64,000 nt of DNA from an uncultured delta proteobacterium (GCA_963785725.1 CAWAWS010000002.1:160001-224000); one strand, 5' to 3'; shown: positions 20,429-30,708, counted from the first letter of the stretch. The notes: a model not told the origin generated them from the sequence alone. Translations and numbers: made by a program.

Positions 20429-21049
20429 GTGGACGAAGAGGAGCTGGACGGCGAAGCGGCCGAGCTGCGCGTCACCATCGTGCCGGCGCCGTCGGCAACG
20501 CCGTTCGTGCCGGTCGCGCCGGCGACCATCGAGTGGCAGTGGACCGGCGATCACTGCCACATCACCGGCGTCGTCATCGATGACAATGGTTCGCGCCACG
20601 AACGAACGCTGGCGCCGTGGCCGCATTGGCGTCGTCACGCCTGGTCGCGGGACGGCGCGCAGCTCCTCATCGGCGGCGCGGAAGAGGCGCACCTGCTGAC
20701 GCGCAGCGACGGCAAGTGGACGACGGTCCTGCACGATCCGGGCGCCAACGGCATCGAGGTCGCTTGGCTCGGCGGCGTGCCGGCGGCGGTGGGTGCGCAT
20801 CAGCTTGCCGTCGGTGAGGCGCGCCTGCCGACGAATCTGGCGTCGCTGGCGCGCGCGGTCGCCGGCGGCACGCTGCTCGTCGTCGCCGATCAGGACGGGC
20901 TGCGGCTGTTCGCCGCCGGCGCGCCCGCGCCACGGCTCATCGCGCGCAGCTGGCGCACGGTCGTCGACGCGTTCGACGACGCGACCGGCGCGCCGCACCT
21001 CGTCACCGCCGACGGCACGACCTGGCGGCTCCAGGTCAGCGCCGCCTAA
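20429..21049 (+). CDS. Hypothetical protein
   Basis: 206-aa ORF with host codon bias; TAACAT 6 nt before GTG; no recognised motif. Confidence 0.6.
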   Translation: MDEEELDGEAAELRVTIVPAPSATPFVPVAPATIEWQWTGDHCHITGVVIDDNGSRHERTLAPWPHWRRHAWSRDGAQLLIGGAEEAHLLTRSDGKWTTVLHDPGANGIEVAWLGGVPAAVGAHQLAVGEARLPTNLASLARAVAGGTLLVVADQDGLRLFAAGAPAPRLIARSWRTVVDAFDDATGAPHLVTADGTTWRLQVSAA

Positions 21050-21080
21050 CCGCGCGTCGCCGTGCGGGCTCAGCGAACGG

Positions 21081-21905
21081 TCAGCCGAGGATGAAGTCGG
21101 CGACGAGCGCGTGCGCGCGCGGCCAGGCTTTGTCATCGTACGAATGCGCGCCCGGCAGCGCCATGATCTCGGTCGTGGCCGCGAAGTGCGCGCGCAGCTC
21201 GTCGGGCGCGCCGAAGGGATCGCGCTCGCCCTGCACGATCAGCGTCGGCAGCGTCACGCGCGGCAGATGCTCGACGCGCAGTTTCTCCGGCTGTTTCGGC
21301 GGATGCAGCGGATAGCCGAGCAGCACGAGCCCGCGCGCTTCGTCGCCCGCCGCCGCCAAGTGCGACGCGATGCGCCCGCCCATCGACTTGCCGCCGATGA
21401 ACGGCAGGCGGCCGCCGAATTGCGCGCGCGCCAACGCCAGCGCCGCGCGCCAGCAGGACTCGAGCGCGTCGTTGCGATCGGGCGCGCCGCGGCCGGCCGC
21501 GCTGTACCAGAAGTCGAACGTGACGACGTCGATGCCGCGCGCCGCCAGCGCCACGGCGAAGCCGACCATGAACGCGTGTGACTGATTGGCGCCGGCGCCA
21601 TGCGCGAGCACGAGCAGCCGTCCGGCCGGCGTCGCCGCGCGATAGACGCGCGCTGTCGACGCCTTGTCCGCGACGGCAAAGCGCAGCTCGGTAAACGGTG
21701 AAGTTGCCGCCGGCTGCTTGGACGACCGACCGCGCGCCTTCGCGCGGCTCGCCGTCGGCTGCTGCGCGACCTTCGTGCTGCGCTGGGCGCCGCGGCCAGG
21801 CTTGACGCTCGCGGCCGCGCGGCTCGACTTCACCGCGCGGCGCGCTGGTTTCGCGGGCGCCGCTGGTTTCTGGCGCGACGGCTTTCGCGCTTTCGGGCGG
21901 CTCAA
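21081..21905 (-). CDS. Alpha/beta hydrolase (KANL3/Tex30-like) with basic N-terminal extension
   Basis: [15 protein letters not shown] nucleophile elbow, [15 protein letters not shown], catalytic His (GAHS). Start uncertain (TTGA overlap with FKBP stop). Confidence 0.85.
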   Translation of the reverse strand: MSRPKARKPSRQKPAAPAKPARRAVKSSRAAASVKPGRGAQRSTKVAQQPTASRAKARGRSSKQPAATSPFTELRFAVADKASTARVYRAATPAGRLLVLAHGAGANQSHAFMVGFAVALAARGIDVVTFDFWYSAAGRGAPDRNDALESCWRAALALARAQFGGRLPFIGGKSMGGRIASHLAAAGDEARGLVLLGYPLHPPKQPEKLRVEHLPRVTLPTLIVQGERDPFGAPDELRAHFAATTEIMALPGAHSYDDKAWPRAHALVADFILG

Positions 21906-22255
21906 TCGACGCCGAGCAGCTCCACGTCGAAGTGCAGCGTCGCGTTCGGTCCGATGACGCCGCCGGCGCCGCGCGCGCCGTAGCCGAGATCGGGCGGGAT
22001 GATGAGGTTGCGGCGACCGCCGACCTTCATCGACATCACGCCTTCGTCCCAGCCCTTGATGACCTGCCCGACGCCGATCACGAACTGGAACGGGTCATTG
22101 CGGTCGCGCGAGCTGTCGAACTTCTTGCCGTTGGCGTCGTTGAGCGTGCCCGTGTAGTGCACGGTGACGCGCTTACCTTTGGTCGGCGACTTGCCGTCGC
22201 CCACTTTGACGTCGTTGTACTGCAGCCCGGAGGAGGTCACCACGTTGTCGGCCAT
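21902..22255 (-). CDS. FKBP-type peptidyl-prolyl cis-trans isomerase
   Basis: [35 protein letters not shown]. Confidence 0.96.
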   Translation of the reverse strand: MADNVVTSSGLQYNDVKVGDGKSPTKGKRVTVHYTGTLNDANGKKFDSSRDRNDPFQFVIGVGQVIKGWDEGVMSMKVGGRRNLIIPPDLGYGARGAGGVIGPNATLHFDVELLGVD

Positions 22256-22268
22256 GGCGCGCACTTTA

Positions 22269-23243
22269 CTACGACTGCGCTTCGGTCGGCAGCACGATCA
22301 CGTCCAGCCGCTCCGTGCGACGAATCAGCGACAATTTCATCGGTCGCGCCACCTGCCACTGCGACAGGATGCGATGCACGTCGTCGACGGAGCGCGCCGG
22401 CTCGCCGTCGAGCGCGAGGATGAGATCGCCCTCTTTGACGTTGGCCAGCGCCGCCGGACCGACGGGCGTCACGCTCATGACCTCGACGGCCGACTCCTGC
22501 AAGAGCTCGAGGTGACGACGAATGCGCGGATCGATCTTGCGCGTCTGCGCCGCCACGCCGAGCCAGCTGCGCTTGACCCGACCGTGCGTCATCAGCTGTC
22601 CGACGACCCAGCGCGCCGTATCGATGGGCACGGCGAAGCTGATGCCTTGCGCGCCGAAGATGACGGCGGTGTTGATGCCGATGACGCGCGCGCGCGTGTC
22701 GACGAGCGGTCCGCCCGAGTTGCCGGGGTTGAGCGCCACGTCCGACTGAATGATGTTCTCCATCAAGCGGCCGTCTTGCGCGCGCATGTTGCGGCCGAGC
22801 GCCGACACGACGCCGGCCGACACCGTCGACGAGAAGCCGAGCGGATTGCCGATGGCGACGCACAGCTGACCGACACGCAACGTGGCCGACGCGCCAAACT
22901 CCGCGTGCGGCAGATGCTCGCCTTCGATGCGAATGACGGCCAAGTCGGTCGCCGGATCGGCGCCGATGAGCTGCGCCGGATGCGTCGAGCCGTCGGTGAG
23001 CGCGACCTCGAACGTGTGGCCGCCGGCGACGACGTGCGCGTTCGTCAAAATGTAACCGTCGGGCGTGAAGAGGACGCCGGAGCCGGCGCCGTTGCCCTCG
23101 CGACCTCGGCCTTTGGCATTCGCTTTCTGTGGACCGCGAACGGAGATGCTGACGACGGCCGGTCCGACCTCGTCGACGACGCGGGTGACTGCCGACGAAT
23201 AGGCGTCGAGCAGCTCACCGTCCGAGACGGCGATAGCAGCCAT
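22269..23243 (-). CDS. HtrA/DegQ-like trypsin protease with one PDZ domain, no signal peptide
   Basis: TNAHVV, DLAV, GNSGGPL catalytic triad; C-terminal PDZ; RBS AGGAG. Confidence 0.93.
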   Translation of the reverse strand: MAAIAVSDGELLDAYSSAVTRVVDEVGPAVVSISVRGPQKANAKGRGREGNGAGSGVLFTPDGYILTNAHVVAGGHTFEVALTDGSTHPAQLIGADPATDLAVIRIEGEHLPHAEFGASATLRVGQLCVAIGNPLGFSSTVSAGVVSALGRNMRAQDGRLMENIIQSDVALNPGNSGGPLVDTRARVIGINTAVIFGAQGISFAVPIDTARWVVGQLMTHGRVKRSWLGVAAQTRKIDPRIRRHLELLQESAVEVMSVTPVGPAALANVKEGDLILALDGEPARSVDDVHRILSQWQVARPMKLSLIRRTERLDVIVLPTEAQS

Positions 23244-23367
23244 GCGATTCTCCTACTGTGCGTAGCGAAACGAGAGACGAGGGCCACGGCTCACGCACGC
23301 CCGGTAACCTGCGACACGACGTGAGCCGCGGCCTTCGCGGTTTACTTACTGCCTACTGAGGTGTGGC

Positions 23368-23877
23368 TTAGAGCGTGACGACGCCCGTGCGAATGAGGTA
23401 GGCGAGCTTGGCCCGCTGCTCCTCGCTCAACACGGCGTGAATCTCGCGCAGCGCCTTGACGACGGCGGTCTTGAGCCGCTCGGCCGACTGCACGCGCTGC
23501 TGCGCGCCTTCGGTCGCCTTGCCGTCGTCGAAGCCGGCGCCGCCGACGGCGTCGGCGAAGGCGGCCGTCGTGCGCCGCTGATCGACCTCGGCCTGCGCGC
23601 GCTCGGTCTTCAGCTCGTTGAGCACGCGAGCGAGCTCGCCCACTTGCTTCTCGTCGAGCTCGAGCTTGTAGGCCAAAAAGCGCAGCGGACGACGCACGCC
23701 GAACTCGCTGCCGCCGTGATCGTGGCCGGCCATGCGCTCGGCGAATTCGCGCCAATGCTGCCGCGGGCCGCCGTGATGATGCCCATGATGGCCATGGTCA
23801 TCGTAGTCGCCGGCAAAGTCGCCGCCGCAGTCGCCGCCATGGCGACCCTTCCACCACTGATAAAATCCTGGATGCAT
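23368..23877 (-). CDS. Spy/CpxP/ZraP-like helical protein with His/Gly-rich N-terminus
   Basis: LELDEKQ and VLSEEQRAK (LTxxQ-like) motifs; HGHHGHHHGG; RBS GGAGG. Confidence 0.75.
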   Translation of the reverse strand: MHPGFYQWWKGRHGGDCGGDFAGDYDDHGHHGHHHGGPRQHWREFAERMAGHDHGGSEFGVRRPLRFLAYKLELDEKQVGELARVLNELKTERAQAEVDQRRTTAAFADAVGGAGFDDGKATEGAQQRVQSAERLKTAVVKALREIHAVLSEEQRAKLAYLIRTGVVTL

Positions 23878-23958
23878 GATGCTTCCTCCGTCTGCCGAGG
23901 CGAAACGCGCTCGGCGGGCTCGTAAATGCGTGGGCAACATGCCTCACGCCTAAGCTTC

Positions 23959-23987
23959 AGCCTAAGACCGGGTTCGGAAGCTGTCAA
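23959..23987 (-). promoter_or_regulatory. Putative sigma70 promoter of the Spy-like gene
   Basis: Minus strand TTGACA-N17-TAGGCT. Confidence 0.7.
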
Positions 23988-24036
23988 CGCGGCGACAGCG
24001 CTGCGAGTGCCGGCGCCAGGCAAAAATGCCGACGAG

Positions 24037-26591
24037 CTACGCGACCTTGCGCTTGCGCGGCAGAATCTTCTGCAGGAATTGGCCGGTGTAGCTGCGCTTG
24101 ACCTCGGCGACGGCTTCGGGCGTGCCTTGCGCGATGATTTCGCCGCCGCGCGCGCCACCTTCGGGGCCGAGATCGATGATCCAGTCGGCGCGCTTGATGA
24201 CGTCGAGGTTGTGCTCGATGACGAGCACCGTATTGCCCGACGCGACCAAGCGATCGAGCACGGCCATGAGGCGCTGAATGTCGCCGAAGTGCAGACCGGT
24301 CGTCGGCTCGTCGAGCACGTAGAGCGTGCGGCCGGTGTCGCGCTTGGCCAGCTCGCGCGACAGCTTGATGCGCTGCGCCTCGCCGCCCGACAGCGTCGTC
24401 GCCGGCTGACCGAGCTGCACGTAGCCGAGCCCGACGTCGTCGAGCGTCTTCAAGATGTGCACGATCTGCGGCTGATTGGCGAACAGCTCGAGCCCTTCGG
24501 CGACGGTGGTGCCCAGATCTCGCTGATGTTCTTGCCCTTCCACTGCACGCGCAGTGTGGCGTCGTTGAAGCGCTTGCCGCGGCAGACTTCGCACTGCACG
24601 TGCACGTTGGCCAAGAAGTGCATCTCGACCTCGCGCACGCCGTCGCCCTCGCACGCTTCGCAGCGGCCGCCGCGCACGTTGAAGCTGAACCGACCGGGCG
24701 CGTAGCCGTAGGTGCGCGCTTCCTGCGTGCCGGCGAACAGGTTGCGAATGTGGTCGAACGCTTTGGTGTACGTCGCCGGGTTCGAGCGCGGCGTGCGGCC
24801 GATCGGGTTCTGGTCGATGTCGATGACCTTGTCGATGAGCTCGACGCCGGCCAGGCTCTTGTGCGCGCCGACGCGAACCTGCGCGTCGTGCAATTGCCGT
24901 CGCAGCGCCGGATGCAGGATCTGATTGATCAGCGACGACTTGCCCGCGCCCGACACGCCCGTGACGGCGCACAAGACGCCGAGCGGAAAGCGGCAGTCGA
25001 CGTTCTTCAAGTTGTTCTCGCTGGCGCCGCGAATCTCGATCCAGCCGCTCGGACGACGGCGCGTCTCGGGCACGCTGATCTCGTCTTTTCCCGACAGGAA
25101 TCGCCCGGTCGGCGACTTCTTGTCGGCGCGCAGGTCGGCTGGCGTGCCTTGCGCGACGACTTTGCCGCCGCGACGACCGGCGCCGGGACCGAAGTCGAGG
25201 ACCCAGTCGGCGCTCTCGATCGTCTCCGCGTCGTGCTCGACGACGAGCACGCTGTTGCCGAGATCGCGCAGCCGCCGCAAGGTCGCGATGAGCCGCAAGT
25301 TGTCGCGCTGATGCAGCCCGATCGACGGCTCGTCGAGCACGTACATGACGCCCGACAGCTCCGAGCCCAGCTGCGACGCCAAGCGAATGCGCTGCGCCTC
25401 GCCGCCCGACAACGTCTCGGTCGCGCGATCGAGCGTCAGATATTCGAGGCCGACGTCGTTGAGAAAGCCTAGCCGCGCGTTGATCTCCTTGAGCACCTCG
25501 AAGGCGATCTGCTGCTTGGCGCCGGCCAGCTTCATGTTGGCGAAGTGCTTGCCGGCGTCGGCGACGGTCAAGCCGGTGGCGTCGCTGATCGACTTGCCGG
25601 CCAAGAAGACGGCGCGCGACTCGGGCCGCAGACGCAGGCCGTGGCACTCGGTGCACGCTTCGCCTTCGAGCTTCCAGCCTTCGCCCGACTGATGCTCCCA
25701 GCCGAGGTCGACCTTGCCGAGGCCGCTGCAGTGCGGGCACATGCCGAGCGGCGAGTTGAACGACAACATCTGCGGCGTCAGCTCGGGCAGACCGACGCCG
25801 CACTTCGGGCAGCCGCGCGCCTCCGAATACGCGCGCGCCCGCTCTTCGCCGTCGACGAGCACGCCGATCGCGCCTTTGCCGGCGCGCAGCGCCTGCTCCA
25901 CCGAGTCGGTCAGGCGCGCCCGCTCCGTCGCCACCAGCGTCAAGCGATCGATCACCAGCTCGATGGTGTGCTTCTTCAGCTTCTCCAGGCCCTGCACGTC
26001 CTCGAGGCGCACGACCATGCCGTCGATGCGCGCGCGCACGAAACCTTCCTTGCGCGCGTCGTCGAGCAGCTCGCGGAACTCGCCCTTGCGATGCTCCACT
26101 TTCGGCGCCAACAGCGTGACCTTCGTGCCTTTGGGCATGGCCAAGAGCTCGTCGACGATCTCGGCCGCCGAGCGCGCCGCGACCGGCCCGCCGCAGACGT
26201 GGCAGCGCTGCTCGCCGGCTCGCGCATAAAGCACGCGAAGATAGTCGTATATCTCCGTCACTGTGCCCACGGTCGAGCGCGGGTTGTGCGACGCCGACTT
26301 CTGCTCGATGGCGATCGTCGGCGACAGCCCGCGAATATGCTCGTACTTGGGCTTCTCCATCTGCCCCAAGAACTGCCGCGCATACGACGACAGCGACTCG
26401 ACGTAACGGCGCTGTCCCTCGGCGTACAGCGTGTCGAACGCCAGGCTCGACTTGCCCGAGCCCGAGACGCCGGTGAACACGACCAGCTTGCGCTTGGGAA
26501 TCTCGAGGTAGGCGATGTCGAGGTTGTGCTCGCGCGCACCCTTGACGACGATGAACTCCGACTCCGTAGCTTCCGGGCGCGGCTTTTTCAT
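24037..26591 (-). CDS. uvrA: Excinuclease ABC subunit A, about 850 aa, insertion domain absent; one frameshift near 24515
   Basis: [29 protein letters not shown] twice, GVSGAGKS, Zn fingers CEAC..CEVC; ORF 24450-26645 continues in ORF 24037. Confidence 0.95.
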
Positions 26592-26719
26592 GGGGGCTGA
26601 CAGTGTAGTCCGTGACCCCGGGCACGCCAGCGAATCCTGAATCACACCAAATTCCTCACGAATATTCAGGAAGAAAGCGTTGCCGCCTTTTTTGTCCCAC
26701 GGTGTCCAACATTGCTGCT

Positions 26720-27481
26720 ATGAGCCGATCGATGCGTTGGATGCTGTTCGCGGCGCTCGTCGCCGGATGTTCACCGACCACGGCGGTGGTCAACGGCAAG
26801 ACGGTGCCGCGCCTCGACATGGACTTCTACGGCCAGCCGTTCGCCGTGCAAGTCACGGGCGCGCATCCGCAGCCGGGCAGCCCGTCGGGCGGCCTGCGCG
26901 ACTTCGGCGGTCACGTCAGCGGCAACGTCTGCGGCCTCGAGCTCACGTACGACGTCATGCATCAGGGCGATCACACGCACATGACCGGCTTCGTCGACGA
27001 CGGGTCGTTCGAGTCGACGATCGACGTGCACGACGAAAAGGGCGTCACGCGGCGCATCGTCGGTCGGCTCGCCGAGCAAGGCACGGTCGACCTCGAGCTG
27101 CGCAAGAACCACATTTACGGCGTGGTCGGTCAGCGGCAGTTCGCGTTCGGACGTCGCGGCGATCAGTATGTCGGCTGGCTGAAGGTGCGGCAGAGCATCG
27201 TCGCCAAGGCCACCATCAACGGCGCGCCGGATTTGTGGACGATGCCGGCGGCGGCGCAGGCGGTAGTCTTGCCGGCGCTGCTCACGTGCTACGGCGACGC
27301 CATCGAGGACCGCCTGGGCAACAACTTCCAGATCGGCTTCGGCGGACATCAGAGCTGGGAGGCCCGCCACGTGAGCGCGCTCTATCACACGACGACGATG
27401 GACGAGCAGCAGATGCTCAACCACAGCTCCGGCGGCGGTCTCGGCGCGTCGGGGTTTAGCACGCAGGGTCAGACCCACTGA
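26720..27481 (+). CDS. Hypothetical lipoprotein
   Basis: Lipobox LVAGC after a hydrophobic stretch; beta-rich mature region. Confidence 0.7.
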   Translation: MSRSMRWMLFAALVAGCSPTTAVVNGKTVPRLDMDFYGQPFAVQVTGAHPQPGSPSGGLRDFGGHVSGNVCGLELTYDVMHQGDHTHMTGFVDDGSFESTIDVHDEKGVTRRIVGRLAEQGTVDLELRKNHIYGVVGQRQFAFGRRGDQYVGWLKVRQSIVAKATINGAPDLWTMPAAAQAVVLPALLTCYGDAIEDRLGNNFQIGFGGHQSWEARHVSALYHTTTMDEQQMLNHSSGGGLGASGFSTQGQTH

Positions 27482-28131
27482 TGCGCGCCGTGGCCCTCAT
27501 GACGTTGTTCGCCTTCGCGGCGCCCGCTTGGGCCGACGAAACGCAGGTGTCACCGACGACGGCGCCGAGCCCGCTGGCGCCGCCGGCAGCGACGGTGACA
27601 CCGACGCCGACGCCGGCTCCGGAGCCGGCGGGCATTCAAGAGCCGCCGCCGCTTCCGCCGCCGCCCGCACCGCCGAAGCCGGTCGCGCCGCCGCCGCCGC
27701 CGGTCTCGTCGAAGACGACGCTGCCGGAGGTGCCCGAAGTGCCGGACGAGCCGCTGCCGGACTGGTCGCCGCCGCCGCCGACGCCGCGCGAGAACCGGCG
27801 CGCGCTCTTTTTGACGATGGCGCCCGAGGTTCAGCAGGCGCAGCGGCTGCGTCAGGCCGGCCTGTGGATCTCGGGGTTCGGCTGGGCCGGCGTGCTCACC
27901 GGCGGCATCCTCTACGGCCACACCAGCAACAACGATGTCGTGCAAGGCATCCCGGGCAATGGGCCGGGCGGCGTCAGCAACCTCGACGTGAACGCCGGCC
28001 TCGGCCTCATGATCGGCGGCGGCGCGGTCGCGCTCATCGGCGTCACGCTCTTCACTGCCGGCCAGTGGCAGCTGTCGGCGTGGCACAAGAAGCGCCCGTC
28101 GGACCGTATGCCGTCGATGAGCGGCTTCTAG
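27481..28131 (+). CDS. Secreted/membrane proline-rich hypothetical protein
   Basis: Signal peptide AWA|D, long Pro-rich linker, two Gly-rich hydrophobic helices; TGATG coupling. Confidence 0.7.
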   Translation: MRAVALMTLFAFAAPAWADETQVSPTTAPSPLAPPAATVTPTPTPAPEPAGIQEPPPLPPPPAPPKPVAPPPPPVSSKTTLPEVPEVPDEPLPDWSPPPPTPRENRRALFLTMAPEVQQAQRLRQAGLWISGFGWAGVLTGGILYGHTSNNDVVQGIPGNGPGGVSNLDVNAGLGLMIGGGAVALIGVTLFTAGQWQLSAWHKKRPSDRMPSMSGF

Positions 28132-28187
28132 CAAGACCGCCGCTTCGCACGCCCACTCCCGCATGAACGCCTAGCGCCGCTTACGTT

Positions 28188-28613
28188 TCAGCCGCGCGTC
28201 ACGATCCAGTGGATGAGCGCCCAGAGAGCGACGATCGGCGTCGCCAGCGCCACCAGCACGACGACGAGCGCGCCCGCGACCAAGAGCCAATCGCCGGCCG
28301 TCGACGCCGGCCCCGTCGTGCGCGCGCGCAGCAGCGCCACGTTGCGGCGATTGGCCTTCCACGCGAAGTCGAACAGGTCGCCGGCGATGGGGATGGCTCC
28401 GACGAGCGCGTCCAGCGCCAGGTTGAGCAGCATGCGCGCCAGCGTCACCGCCGGCAGCCGGCGCGCGATGGCGACCGCGACGATGTAGAGGCCGAGCAGC
28501 GAGCCGATGACGTCGCCGACGCCAGGCAAGAAAAAGCCGAGCAGCGGATCGAGCCAGCGGTCATCGAGCCAATACGCCAGCGTCTCGGCGCGTTGCAGCT
28601 GGCGGTCATTCAT
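28188..28613 (-). CDS. DUF4112 family membrane protein
   Basis: LDPLLGFFLPGVGD, GAIPIAGDLFDFAWKANRRN. Confidence 0.88.
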   Translation of the reverse strand: MNDRQLQRAETLAYWLDDRWLDPLLGFFLPGVGDVIGSLLGLYIVAVAIARRLPAVTLARMLLNLALDALVGAIPIAGDLFDFAWKANRRNVALLRARTTGPASTAGDWLLVAGALVVVLVALATPIVALWALIHWIVTRG

Positions 28614-28668
28614 GGTCTGCAAGCTAAGCACGAATTTGTGCTTGACGCGGCCGTACACGATTCGTTAT

Positions 28669-28682
28669 TGAGTAATTGCTCA
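28669..28682. promoter_or_regulatory. Putative TetR operator (imperfect palindrome)
   Basis: TGAGTAATTGCTCA just upstream of tetR, downstream of TTGACG at 28642; near-copy at 29339-29352. Confidence 0.65.
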
Positions 28683-28699
28683 CTTACTAACGAGGCCAC

Positions 28700-29320
28700 G
28701 TGGCGCGTCCGATCCGCATCAGCGAAGAGAAGATTCTGGAGGCCGCACGCGCGGTCTTCCTCGATCTCGGCTTCGCCGGCACCACCGCCGAGGTCGCGCG
28801 CCGCGCCGGCGTCGCCGAGGGCTCGATCTTCAAGCGTTTCGCGACGAAGGTGGAGCTGTTTCGGGCGGCGATGCAGCCGGAGATGGACGAGCCCGACTGG
28901 CTGCGCACGCTGCTCAACGCCGAAGAAGGCGCCGATCCGCGCGACGTGCTGATGCAGTGCGGGCTGCAGGCGGTCGAGTTCCTGCGCCGGCTGATTCCGC
29001 TCATCATGATGCAGTGGTCGTCGGGCAAGCACTTCGGCCCGCCCGAGCATTTGCAAGGTCCGCACGGTCCGCCGCTGCGCGCGCTCAAGGCGTGGGCGGC
29101 GTTCTTCGAGCGCGAAATGCGCGCCGGCCGCATGCGTCAACATGAGCCCGAAGTCGTGGCACGGATGATGTTCGGCAGCATCCAAAGCTACGTGTTTTTC
29201 GAAATTCTGCTGCGCTCACCCGAGCGAATGACGTTGCCCGTCGAGGTCTATCTGCGCGGGCTCATCGACGTCTTGTGGAGCGGCGTCGCGCCGCCGGCCA
29301 AGAGGGGGCATCGAACGTGA
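28700..29320 (+). CDS. TetR/AcrR family transcriptional regulator
   Basis: ILEAARAVF...VARRAGVAEGSIFKRFATKVELF helix-turn-helix. Confidence 0.93.
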   Translation: MARPIRISEEKILEAARAVFLDLGFAGTTAEVARRAGVAEGSIFKRFATKVELFRAAMQPEMDEPDWLRTLLNAEEGADPRDVLMQCGLQAVEFLRRLIPLIMMQWSSGKHFGPPEHLQGPHGPPLRALKAWAAFFEREMRAGRMRQHEPEVVARMMFGSIQSYVFFEILLRSPERMTLPVEVYLRGLIDVLWSGVAPPAKRGHRT

Positions 29321-30708
29321 CACGGTTTGTGGAGTTCATGAGTAAGCGCTCACGCATTATGGGCGCCGCCGCAGTGGCGACGATGCTGTCGGGCCCGCTG
29401 GCGATGGCGCAGGCGCCCCAGCCGGAAGTCGCGCGCCAGGTGGACGCGCCGGCCCGCACGATGTCGATCGGCGAGGCGCTGTCGATCGCGCATCGCAACA
29501 ACCGCGACCTGGCGCAGGCCAAGGCGCGCATCGCGCAAGCGCACGCCGGCGTGCTGCAGGCGTGGGTCGCGCTCTTGCCGCAGGTGGCCGCGCAGGGCAA
29601 GTACACGCACAACTACAAAGAGGTCAAGCTCGACTTCGGCCCGGAGGCTGCGGCAGCGGGACTGCCCACCACGCCCATCGTCATCCAAAAGGGCGAGCAG
29701 CTCGACGCGTCGCTGACGGCGACCGTGCCGTTGGTCGTGCCGTCAGCCTATCAGGCGCTCAAGGCGGCGCAGGCGCTCGAGGACTCGAGCCGCGCCAACG
29801 ACGACGTCACCGATGCCACCGTGCTCTACACGACGGCGCAGACCTATTACGCCTGCGCCGGCGCCGATGAAGTGGTCGCCGCGCGTAAACACGCCGTCGT
29901 GCTCGAGACCAAGGCGCTCGACAACGCCAAGGCCCGGCTCGAGGCCGGCGTGGTCAACCGCGTGGAAGTGACGCGCGCCGAGCTGCAGCTGGTGCGCGCC
30001 CGTCAGGCCGTGCTCGAGGCGCAGGACGCCGCCGCGCAGTCGTATCGCGCGCTGGGCACGATCATGAACGTGCACGACGCCATCCAGGTCGTCGGCAGCG
30101 ACGAGCCGTCGGCACAGACCGCCGAGATCGACGCGCTGACGGCGCAGGCGCTCAGCCAGCGGCCCGAGTTCCCGGCGCTGCAAAAGACGATCACGTCCTA
30201 CGAGCTGCAGGAGAAGTCGAACCTGTGGAAGTGGGCGCCGACGCTGTCGGCGTTCGGCAACGCGCGCCTGTTCAACTACGCCGGCTTCTCGGGCGACAAG
30301 TATTCGTGGGCCATCGGCCTGCAGCTCGATTGGGTGCTGTACGACGGTGGCTTGCGCGACGGGCAGCGCAAGTTGGCGCTGGCGCAGCGGCAGGAGCAGG
30401 AGGCCAAGCTCGACCTCTTGCGCGACCAAGTGCGCGACGACGTCTACAACGCCGACCGCAACGTGCGCACCAAGCGCAGCGCGCTCGACACGGCCAAGCG
30501 CTCGGTGCAGCTGTCGAAGGAGACGCTCGATCTCGTCCAGGTGCAGCACGACGCGGGCACGGCGACGCAGCTCGACCTCCTGCAAGCGCAGGACAACCTG
30601 GTGTCGGCGGAAGTGGCGCTGGCGCAGGCGCGCTTCGACCTGTCGTTGGGCGCGCTGTCGCTCGAGCGGCTGTCCGGCGCGTTTCCGGCGAACCTGAAGC
30701 TCAAGTAA
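29317..30708 (+). CDS. TolC family outer membrane efflux protein
   Basis: Signal peptide, two OEP repeats, AGTATQLDLLQAQ. Start either 29317 (GTGA overlap) or 29338. Confidence 0.9.
   Translation: MTRFVEFMSKRSRIMGAAAVATMLSGPLAMAQAPQPEVARQVDAPARTMSIGEALSIAHRNNRDLAQAKARIAQAHAGVLQAWVALLPQVAAQGKYTHNYKEVKLDFGPEAAAAGLPTTPIVIQKGEQLDASLTATVPLVVPSAYQALKAAQALEDSSRANDDVTDATVLYTTAQTYYACAGADEVVAARKHAVVLETKALDNAKARLEAGVVNRVEVTRAELQLVRARQAVLEAQDAAAQSYRALGTIMNVHDAIQVVGSDEPSAQTAEIDALTAQALSQRPEFPALQKTITSYELQEKSNLWKWAPTLSAFGNARLFNYAGFSGDKYSWAIGLQLDWVLYDGGLRDGQRKLALAQRQEQEAKLDLLRDQVRDDVYNADRNVRTKRSALDTAKRSVQLSKETLDLVQVQHDAGTATQLDLLQAQDNLVSAEVALAQARFDLSLGALSLERLSGAFPANLKLK

Noticed and set aside
27590..27790. 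CCG-rich tandem tracts
   Set aside because: They simply encode a proline-rich linker.
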